Below are positions 1 to 9,900 of a stretch of DNA of 64,000 bases, piece by piece (position 1 is the first letter of the stretch; every line of letters begins with the position of its first letter). The notes beneath the pieces are model-generated. The model made no database searches. It was given only the letters and a program-made list of their open reading frames with translations, and was not told the DNA's origin. Made by a program: the position numbers and the translations under genes. Location: sequence record MW825358.1; one strand, 5' to 3'.

Positions 1-63
1 TTTTTTTTTTTGGTCTATCTGCCCGGTCTTACGGTATGATACTTCTTAACAAGGCCAGTTTCT

Positions 64-1551
64 ATGTCTAACGCCACTGGTAGTCCGGCCACGGGCTATA
101 AGACGGAAAGTCTGCTTAACAACATCATCAAGACCAAGACGCAAGAGGCCATCAAAACCTCTGCCTCAAAGTTTGTCAGCACCAGCGTGAACACTGCTGC
201 TCGGTCGGCCACCAGCACTATCTCCAGTGCAGCGGTCAACAAGGCCGTGGAGTCAGCCCGTTCAGCCTCTCAGCAGTTAAATGGATCGATGGGCGGTAAG
301 CTTGCCTCGGCCATTGGCTCTGGTGTGGTCTCTAAGCTGGCCGCGGCGGCCACCAAGAAAGTGACCAACCTGGCCTCTGGCGCTACCAGTACCGTTTCCA
401 GTTTGAGTAAGAACAAGATCGGTACGTCTTTGTCCAGTATGCTAGGCGGGTCTTCAGCAGGCTTGTTGGGCAACACCATCAGTCAGGTCAGTGAGTCTGG
501 CGCCAAGAACTTGGTGGCAGCAAAGATTGCACCGGGCTTCTTGGAAAACGGTCCTACCGATGATCTGTTGACCACCGACGTTTATGGCGTCAGTGATAAC
601 AACATCCTAGGTAACATTGCAGATGGCTTGGGAAGCTTTACCGCCGATGCCATTGATGATCTGCGCCGGAGCCAGTCCTTGGTGTCAGACTTGACCTCAA
701 TGGCCCTCTCAGGCGGAACCAACTGGTCTGTCTACAAAGACAACCTGAGCGATCGCATTATCTCCAGCCTGGGTGGGCGCTCTGGCTTGGTGCGTGGATT
801 GTCTGACTCCTTGAAGGGCACGATCGTTTCAGGTACGGGCCTGGCCTCAGATATCTACGATTCGGTGTCTGTGGCAGTAGCCTCCACAGTGGGGCAGCCT
901 TCGCGGCGCACCATTCGTTCAGGCAATGTCACCTCAGCACAAGAAGTGTTGGGTTTGATCAACACCATCACCAATCGAACAGCTATCACTGAAACGGTAG
1001 ATATCGGTGCGGTGTCGGCCCTGACCTCCGGGGTGATGCGCGAGGCTATTGCCTTGGGTGTACCGGATGCTGTCAGTGCACTGGTGGATGATGCGCAAAA
1101 TAACGAGGTCTCCTACAATGCGCTGCTGGCCAACATTCAAGTGGCCATTGAGTATTCGGATCTGGACACCTTGCAGTTGATGATCAATAAGATCGGGGCG
1201 GCCGGGATCAACGCGCACTTTCCTAATGCAGCTGCAGATTTGTTGGCGCATTATGAACTGCCGGCCAACACCACCTCTGAGGAGTATCTGGCAGAGTGGA
1301 CGACCTTGAAGTCTGTGTTAGACGCGTTGCGTCCAGGCTGGGGCAATGTCCTGCGTGATGGGTCCTACGTGAATAACCTGGCGTTCTATTCGCAGATCAG
1401 CGACGATGCCAAGACCTTGTTGGTGCGTCAAGAAGAACACATGGTGGCCTCCTTGATTGGCCGTAGCTATTCTCATGCGCCTGATATGATTGAGGAGCTG
1501 GAGAAGATGTACCCGCTGGTCCCGTTGGTCTACAACGAGACGGTAACCTAA
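64..1551 (+). CDS. Hypothetical protein, probably virion structural (495 aa; Ser/Ala/Gly/Thr-rich N-terminus)
   Basis: Long ORF ending at a bidirectional terminator, convergent with the tail module; TATG upstream. Function inferred from context only. Confidence 0.6.
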   Translation: MSNATGSPATGYKTESLLNNIIKTKTQEAIKTSASKFVSTSVNTAARSATSTISSAAVNKAVESARSASQQLNGSMGGKLASAIGSGVVSKLAAAATKKVTNLASGATSTVSSLSKNKIGTSLSSMLGGSSAGLLGNTISQVSESGAKNLVAAKIAPGFLENGPTDDLLTTDVYGVSDNNILGNIADGLGSFTADAIDDLRRSQSLVSDLTSMALSGGTNWSVYKDNLSDRIISSLGGRSGLVRGLSDSLKGTIVSGTGLASDIYDSVSVAVASTVGQPSRRTIRSGNVTSAQEVLGLINTITNRTAITETVDIGAVSALTSGVMREAIALGVPDAVSALVDDAQNNEVSYNALLANIQVAIEYSDLDTLQLMINKIGAAGINAHFPNAAADLLAHYELPANTTSEEYLAEWTTLKSVLDALRPGWGNVLRDGSYVNNLAFYSQISDDAKTLLVRQEEHMVASLIGRSYSHAPDMIEELEKMYPLVPLVYNETVT

Positions 1552-1554
1552 ACG

Positions 1555-1593
1555 GCATAAAAAAGCCCCTCCCAAACGGGAGGGGCTTTATGC
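1555..1593. terminator. Bidirectional intrinsic terminator flanked by GCATA/TATGC
   Basis: gcataaaaaa-gcccctccc-aaac-gggaggggc-tttatgc between convergent genes. Confidence 0.85.
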
Positions 1594-1682
1594 TGGCGGG
1601 GACTTCCCAAGTAGTAGCCTTATCGATACAAATCGATGGTGAAGCAAAGTGGGAAGTTCCCATAGCATTAGACTGCGCAAGA

Positions 1683-3908
1683 TTAATCCGGACGATCGGT
1701 TTCGGTAGAGATGGCATTGATCAAACGACCCAAGGTCGTATCACCCATCCACGAAGCCACACGTGCCGGAGACTTCCACGAGTTCCACGCCTGCATCTGA
1801 CGATACCTTGCCAGACGCCAACGACGATTGGCATAGACCATGTCCTGCCAGCTCAGACTACCTAAGACGGCCAAGTAGTCCGTAAAGCTGTTGTCGTCAT
1901 CGTAGGTGCCCTTTTGGAAGTACGAGGCAAACTCAGACACATTCAGTACATCGGCAGCGGCCTGGATGGCCTTATCGGTCGCACCGAAATTGGTCTGAAT
2001 CGGCAAGTGCATGATCGAGGACATATCCACGATGGAGAAGGTCACATCGATCCCCAACGCATCACCTTGCTGACTCCAACCCATATTACCCACACCGCGG
2101 GTGATGGACATCTGATCAATCATCCCCAAGCGAATGGCATGACGCCCTCGGCAGTACGCCTCGCAGATAAACGGGGCAGTATAGGAGCGCTTACCCGTTG
2201 ACAGCGGTAGGGCGCCAGCCAAGAGCATGGACAGAGGAATGTACAGATTCATCATCCGCGACATACGCGTGCCGTAAGGACTGCGCAGTTTGATGGTGTA
2301 CTCAGCGCGTGGGAGATTAGCTGTGGAGCCAGACCAGGTCTTGGGGATGTCCACAAAGGCATTACCGGCCAGGGCCAACAGCCCAGACATGTGGACGCCC
2401 TCCAAGGTTCCGTTGACCAAGTCTTTGGCTGCATTGATCACTCCGCCAACCAAATCACCGATCACAGGAACATCGGTGAAATTACCATTGGCCAGGTCAA
2501 AACGAGCTGAACGGGCCGAGGAAGAGGTGGAGTTAAACTTCTGAGCGATCTGCGATTCTTCTGTGGCATTGGAGAAAGACTCACCTGTAGAACCGGTGTA
2601 GTCTGCGCGGAATGTCACAAACTGCGAACCATCGCGGCGTTCGCCTTCGAACATTTCCCGCAAGCTACCCACCCATGAACCACTGGCCATGTTGTACTGC
2701 TCACGGGTCCCTGCCGATTCCACATCAATTTGCTTTGATGCTCCATCGTCGGTGGTGGCAGACGTACCTGCGCTGCCTGTCGTCCCATCAGGTGAGGCGT
2801 TACTTCCATCGCCTGTGGCGGTGCTAGACGGCGTGCCGTCAAGGTTGACGTAGGTATCAACGCCTGAAGACTGATTACGCGAGGAGGACAAGTAATAGCG
2901 ATCTCGGTACGCATCAATGCCTTCTGAAGGAATGGCCTTCAATCCGCCTTGATGGAACATGCGGTCGCGAAACTGGACCAACGCGGTGTCCAAGTTGCGC
3001 ACATCATCCAACGTATCCAGTTGGTTTTGCAGTTCAGTATTGAACTTGTTAGCCAAACGCTGGGCACGGGTGGCAATGGCATAGACGTCCATGCCTGCTG
3101 CCTGCCCATTGTCCGTGAAGAACACATCGGGCATCACACGCGCATACTCTTGGAGCATGTCTTGCTGACTGCCCATGTAATTGGCATCTTGCCCCATGAC
3201 CTTGCGCTGTGCTTCAGTCAGGGCCTGCGGGATCAGACCTAAGTTCACCGCAATACCGTTGGCGATTGTATTGACCGCATTCCAGTACGGGTACATGGCA
3301 GGCTTGAGGTAATAGTACTTCGAAGCAGGCCAGTTACCTAAGAACTTGATCACCTGACCACCCAAGATAATAGGCTGTAAGGGCAGGGCCAGTAAGAAGC
3401 CAACGGCCTTACCGGTGGTGTGGAACAAGGTGGAGGTACGACCGGTACGGGCCATCAAGGCCGCATCGGTGGAGTAGAAGTTACCGAAGAACTGAGTCAG
3501 GGAGTTATACTCAGGAACGCCAAAGCGCATCACCAAGTCCTGGCCGTAGTCATCAATACCTTCAGAATAAAAACGCCCCATACCCGCACTGGGTGTGGTA
3601 AAAGCCTTTTGAGTCGGATCGGCCGTCATAAAGCGGCCGGTGGACATCATCCAACGCAAAGCACCGGAGCTGTTCTGTGCATTGGTGGCGCCACGGGAAT
3701 ATCGATCGCTACCACCAATTCGAATATCCGCAAAGCGGGTAAACTGAGGCGGTGCGTTGATGGCAAAGTTGCCACCGATGGTGGTGTCTGTGAATTTGTA
3801 GGCTGCCGAGGTCAAAACTCGACGCCGCTTGTCCACATCATCCAACGCTGACTCCGGCAGCAGAAAGGACTGTTGGGCCCAGACTTTGTCCTTGATACGA
3901 AACGACAT
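1683..3908 (-). CDS. Tail tip/baseplate-hub protein, phiKZ gp182-like (741 aa)
   Basis: Directly downstream of the gp181-like gene; C-terminal AIRLGMIDQMSITRG...DVTFSIVD tube/hub-like segment; synteny recalled from phiKZ-like phages. Confidence 0.65.
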   Translation of the reverse strand: MSFRIKDKVWAQQSFLLPESALDDVDKRRRVLTSAAYKFTDTTIGGNFAINAPPQFTRFADIRIGGSDRYSRGATNAQNSSGALRWMMSTGRFMTADPTQKAFTTPSAGMGRFYSEGIDDYGQDLVMRFGVPEYNSLTQFFGNFYSTDAALMARTGRTSTLFHTTGKAVGFLLALPLQPIILGGQVIKFLGNWPASKYYYLKPAMYPYWNAVNTIANGIAVNLGLIPQALTEAQRKVMGQDANYMGSQQDMLQEYARVMPDVFFTDNGQAAGMDVYAIATRAQRLANKFNTELQNQLDTLDDVRNLDTALVQFRDRMFHQGGLKAIPSEGIDAYRDRYYLSSSRNQSSGVDTYVNLDGTPSSTATGDGSNASPDGTTGSAGTSATTDDGASKQIDVESAGTREQYNMASGSWVGSLREMFEGERRDGSQFVTFRADYTGSTGESFSNATEESQIAQKFNSTSSSARSARFDLANGNFTDVPVIGDLVGGVINAAKDLVNGTLEGVHMSGLLALAGNAFVDIPKTWSGSTANLPRAEYTIKLRSPYGTRMSRMMNLYIPLSMLLAGALPLSTGKRSYTAPFICEAYCRGRHAIRLGMIDQMSITRGVGNMGWSQQGDALGIDVTFSIVDMSSIMHLPIQTNFGATDKAIQAAADVLNVSEFASYFQKGTYDDDNSFTDYLAVLGSLSWQDMVYANRRWRLARYRQMQAWNSWKSPARVASWMGDTTLGRLINAISTETDRPD

Positions 3909-3921
3909 TTTGAGACCTCGA

Positions 3922-3958
3922 AAGTAAGAAAGAGCCGGGGAGGGGTGACCTCCCCGGC
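3922..3958 (-). terminator. Intrinsic terminator/attenuator after gp181-like gene
   Basis: gccggggagg-ggtga-cctccccggc hairpin followed on the minus strand by tctttcttacttt. Confidence 0.55.
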
Positions 3959-3974
3959 ATCTCGTGGGTACTAC

Positions 3975-6900
3975 TTACCCGTTGGTGAACCCCATGCTCA
4001 CCGGGACTTGCGTGCTTCGACGATCCGTGGGCCGCTGGGGAGCGGGACGGGTCTCCGGCGCGTTGTCTGCCGGCTTACGAGAGTTACTTGCTTCTTGCGA
4101 AGCCCCTGACAAACCCTTGCGCATTAACTCGCGCAATGTGTCAAGCGTACCTTGGGTATTGACTGCAATTTGCTTCTGCACGTCCAAGGACTGCTGCAAG
4201 ATCTCACCCACGCGCGACATCTGTGCCTGATCGGTCTGCTGTTGCAGTTGGGTCTGGACTTCTGCTGCGCGCACTTGCACCTGCCGTGCCTGACGCTCAC
4301 GCTCTGCCAGCTGGGCCTTCTTGGCTTCCTCAGCAGCATTCGCTGCCGCGGCGGCTTCCAAAGATCCGGCACTGGTGATACTGGGCGCTGAGGTGGCTTG
4401 GGCGTTGAGCATCCCAGCATAACCACCGCCTGTGGCCAACATGTTGGTCCCGCCTGTCGATGCAGACACGGCCGGCGACTTAGACGCTTGAACCGCACCC
4501 ACACCGCCACCGGCGTTGAGCGTGGTGGTGGTTGTGCTCGGCACTGCCGAAGGACTGGCTTGGGCTGCCGGGTTACCGGAGGCAGTGGCGGCAATAGCCG
4601 AGGAGCTGACCTTGGAAAGATCTGCCGTTCCACTACCTTGGACACGCCCACCGTACACAGCTTGGGCCTTGTTGACCTTTTGCTGCATCAGCTGGTAAAC
4701 CCCGCCGACCGTATTGGGCGCGCTCATGTTGGGCACGCTACGGTTGCCTTGCTTCTGCATCTGATAGAAGATCCACGGGTTGGCCTTGGCTTCCTTGGGG
4801 AAGCTTTGGACCGCGTTGAGCTTCGGATCAGCGGACAGGAACTTGGCAGCCCCACCTGCACCCATGAAGTGGGCCATGTACATGTCTGTCTCATTCACAC
4901 CGCGAGACAAACGCGACTTCAAGAAGTTGAAGTTATCCTTCAAGAACATGGCTCCCATCAGCGCATTGGCCTTGGGATCAAACGGGGAGGCATTGGGCGA
5001 CAGGCCAAACTTGGCACCGTACTTACCGATCATGTTACCCCAGGTTCCATTGATGAACTGGAACAACCCTGAGGCAGAGGAGGTCGGGGCCTTGGCACCT
5101 GGATTGAAGGTGGACTCGATCGAGGCAATGGCGTAGAGCATGTTCGGGTCAACACCCGTCATCTTGGCCACCGCATCAAACAAGGGCTTGAGCACTGCAA
5201 AGCGCTGCGCCGGCTTCATCCCTGCGATCTCAGCATTACTCGGCACGTTGGGCAGGGCATTGATGTCACCACCTGTGCCCTTACCTGGATGGCTCAGACC
5301 TGGACCGTAGCCCAAGGCACCTGCCACTCCCATTGCCGGGGTGATCGCCACATTGCCGATCGTTCCCAATGCCTGACCATAGTTGCCAGCTGAGGCTTGA
5401 CTGTAGGCGTTCTTGGTCCCCTGCCACATGCTCGAGGCAGTGTTAGAGACACCATCAACGGCCTTACCCAGCCAGTTACGCTCACCTTCCTTACCCAGTA
5501 GCCAATCCGAGGCCTTTTGCGCGCCGGACTTGAGCGAATCCATCATGTTATCGAGCATGCCCTTTTTCTGGTTGACAGCCGCAGCTGCACCAGCAAGCTT
5601 CTCTTCCACAGCAACCTTCTTATCGGCTTGCATCTTCAGCACCAGCATCGACCCGGAGATGATCTTCGAATCGGTATTGAGCTTTTCTTGGGCCGACCAA
5701 GGCGAGGCCACGTAGAACCACACCGACTCACCTTCCGATGACTTGGCGTTCATGATGTCTTGCGCCACTTCCATCAACTGAGCGGCCTTGAGGGTTTTCT
5801 CAGGCTGCTTCATATCAGCAGAAGGTGCTAACCGGTTGATCGCACCCATGTAGGCGGCGCAGATAGGCCAGAAGCGATTGCCGAACCAGAAGGCCCAGCG
5901 CTTGCGTGCCACCGGATCGGCAGCAGACTGACCAAACAATCCTGCCGCCTCGTAGTACAGGCGCTCACCATCGGTTTGCAACCGTGCATTGCCCGCAGAG
6001 GAAATCGAGACCTGGTTAAAGACCATCGTCTCCAATGCCGCCAGTGCACGCACGCGATCCGTATCCAGATCTTTCAGACCGTAGGCCCTGTAACGAATGG
6101 CCTGCAACGCTGAGACCTTACCGGTACGGGCCAAGGTGGTGGACAACAGGCTATCGGCACCCTTTGTCAGCGTGACCGCACCTGTGGTAGCCAACATCTT
6201 CTGCCCGCTGTTCTCTTCAATCTTCTTGACCGTCAAGTCCGCAGCATCTGCCTTGGCCTTTTCTTCATCGCGTTGATTGTCAAAGTAGTTCATCAGTAAT
6301 GAGGAACCCGGGGAGACCCAGTTCATCACCGACTTGACGCGGTTCTTGAACTTGTCCTTGGACTTATCAGCCTCAGACTTACCGGCTTCCTTCATGGCCA
6401 GGTTGTAGGCATCTTCAATCGCATTCAGATCCGTGACCGCTTCAGTACCTTCAAAGGGACCGGCCTTGATCGCATACAGGCTCTTGGAGATTGCCCAGGC
6501 AGCGGTCACCAACTTGGTTTGCTTGGCACCTTCCATGTCCTCATCTGCTTCCAGAATGGACTTGGTCGGATCGATGTTGCGCAGGTTCTTCACCCACGTC
6601 AAGAAGATCGGCTTGAAACGCTGGGCGTACCAGACGTTAAACACCATGCGTTGCTGAGCCTTGTTAGAGAACCACCCATCGTCCATGTCAAACAAGTCAT
6701 AGACGTCCTTCATGGTGATATCCTTACCACCCGAGTTGGACTTACCTAGGATCTCAAGACCACCGTTGCGCTCACCCACGTGATCCATCAACAATTCTTC
6801 CAGCTGATAGATCAGCTTGTTGTTAGCTGCATCGCCCGGCTCAACACCGTACTGCAGATAACGGAAGCGACGGATGGGTGTGAGCTTGCCGTACTTCAGT

Positions 6901-9900
6901 TGCTTATGGGCAAAGTAGATACCTGTACCGGCCGCAGCCAAAGCTGCCGCACCGATGGCCACGGGAATCCAGATCGGAGCACCCACCACAGCGGCCGCTG
7001 TACCAGCCGTACCAGCTGCAGCTGTCCCCAAGGCTGTACCTGCACTAACGCCACCTGCTGCCGCAGCCGTACCGGCTGCTGCCGTAGCGCCCGTGGCCGC
7101 AGCACCTGTGGCGCCTACCGCTGTTGCGGCCGCACCACCACCTGCACCTGCGCCCATCAAGCTACCCAGCCACGGAACCGCACGGGCCAGCTGTGCCATG
7201 AACATGACATTGGAGGCCGTACCGGCTGCGTCGCCGACGCCGTTGATCACCTTACCGGTGGTGGAATCCTCATCTGCACCCAGCGCGTCCATGGCATATC
7301 CCGTACCGCCTGAGATCAATGCACTGGTCAACAACGCCTTGGGGTTGAGCAGTCCCTTCAGACCACCGCCCTTCATGCGGGAGAAGAACCCCTTCTTACC
7401 ACGTGCAGCACGCTGACGACGCAAAGCGCGGGCTTGCTTGTTCCGGGCTCGAGAACCCTTCTTGCCGCCCACTTTCTTCTTACCGTCTTTGTCCTTGCCA
7501 TCATCACCACCGCCCATGATCACCGTGGTATCGCCACCGTCATCATCGTCTTCGTCCTCCTCCTCATCGCCACCAAATCCAAACAGGCCCTTGGCTTTGT
7601 TCTTAAAGAAAGACAGCAGTCCACCCACGCCCCACTTACGTTCGCGTTCGGCTTCTTGCTTCTGTGTGGCTTCATCCTTAGCTTCGGCATCGCGCTTATC
7701 AAACTGATCTTGCCAAGACCCCTTACGGGCCTTCTTACCCGGCAGGCGAGTATCCAGCACATTGAAGATGCGCTCTAACCATTCCACCTGCTTGGCGCCA
7801 TGCTTTTCAAACGGATTGAGCAAGGACCCTAAGAACTTAAACGGTGCGCCTAACAGACCACCGCCTAACCCCATCATTCCGCCAAAGAGTTTCCCGTAAC
7901 CCTTCAAGGCACCGCCGAACAACGCGCCAGCACCCTTGATCACAGAAACAGCTGCTCCACCTACTGCGCCAATCAAACGCGCAGCCGGGGTGGCCAGCGG
8001 TAGGCCCCAACGTCCGGTCAACCCCGGGTTGGAGATTTCATCTTCGTACAAGACTGTCTTGTCATCGGCTTGGGCCTTGTGTGCGCCCTTACCCAATTCC
8101 TTGATCTCGCCGTAGATGTCATCGTAGGTGGAGACCACCTTGCCCATCTTCTTCGGATTGACGTTGTAGTAGCGTCCCAGCTTCATCTTCTCAGCCTTCA
8201 GGCGTGGAGAGGACTCACCCTTGACGTACACGTCCACTTGCTTGTTAAAGGCCCACTTCATGGTGGTGGTCACCGCCTTCAGTCCTGCGCTGGCCACCTT
8301 GTAGGGTAGCGCCAACACTTGACCGTAAAAGCCTGCCACTGCAGAGCCAAAGCCCAACAGTGACTTGGTGGCCAAACGCACCAGACCTGCCGGGCCCTTG
8401 ACAAACAGTCCCTTCTCAAAGTCTTCTTGATCCAAGATCGTCTCACCGGTGGTCAGATCAATCACCGGGCCGGTGACATCATTCCATCGGGTGATCTTCT
8501 TCTTGGTATTGACATCTTGGTAGTGACCCATCTTGATACGCTGGGCGATCATGATCGGGCGACGCTCACCTTGGACATAGATGTCCTTGATACCGCGCAC
8601 CAGGTTCCCTAAGCGATGGGATCCGCCTTGTACCACAGCGCCCACACCGCTAGCAGCAGCGCCGACACTTCCGGCCATGCCACCTGCAACCTTCTTAGTC
8701 CACCACCACTGGGCTTTACCTACGCCCTTCAAAGCGGCCCATGCGCCCTTGGCACCTCCAATGGCCAGGGTGTCTAAGAATCCGCGGCGGAATGTTCCAC
8801 CACCTTCTCCGGCACCGGCATTGGGACCTTGGGCTTCGATCAGCCCTGCGATGACCTTGAGCATATCCAACTGCTCATTGCCCACACGCAACAGCTCAGC
8901 ATCATCCATCTTAAAGGCAGGCTGGGCTTCAAACCAGCTCTGGGCTTGAATTGGTGCGCTGGGAGCCGGTTCGGGTTGATCCAGCGGATCATCCTGACGT
9001 ACGGGGGCAGCAGTGCGCAAACGGGTCACATTGGCAGAACGGGCAGCGGTTGGATTGAAAGCGTCCTGTGCCCAATTGGGTGTACCGGCCGTGGAGGAGT
9101 TACTCCGTGCACGGATGGCCGCATCGACGTTGAACGTATAAGCCTTACCGCTACGATCCACCAGGCCGTTCTTGAGTTGGTCCACGCTAACGACAGGCTC
9201 ACCTGTGGTCAGATCAATCACCCCTGCCTTGATGTCCTTCCATTCCTTGATGGCACGCCCGGTCAGTTCATCAACGTAGGCACCACCAAACAACTTAGCA
9301 CCTTCCAAGACCGGCTTGGCACCGCCTGGGATAAACAGATCCAAGGCGGCCGCTTCCTTACCACGCAGCTTACCCATGGTTGCGGTGGCGGCTGAGATCT
9401 TGGCCCGTTCGGCAGGACTGAGTTTCTTTTGCTGCTTCAGATCACCATAGTCCGCATCTTGGATCATGTCCAACACACGTGACAGGTTCAAGTTGTCCTT
9501 CAGACCATCGCGGGTCAGCAGGCCTTGATCGGCCAACAGATCACGATAGCCTGCCGAGCGATACGCACCGGCGGCACTGATCGGGGCAACACTGCCAAAG
9601 TCCAAGGTGTTGTAGCTATCTGAGCGCTCAGACAACCAGACCTGATCGGCCTTACCGTCCTTACGTCGGCCGACCTTGGAGAAGATCGTGGCCAGCTCCA
9701 TCTTGGCTTGCGCATCTAACTCTGGGGTCACCGAACCTGGGGAGGTATAGCGACTGGGGTCAAAGGGCTCACCATTGCCGGAGTCTAACAGCAACTGACG
9801 GAACAGACCTTTGCGGGTCTTTTCCGAAATCGGCGTCTTACCGATTAACTCATCGATGAACTGCTCAACCTGATAGCGCACATTGGCCCGACGATCCTTG

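Noticed and set aside
1-12. 12-nt poly-T at the window start
   Set aside because: Probably the tail of an upstream terminator or a homopolymer artefact; context is cut off
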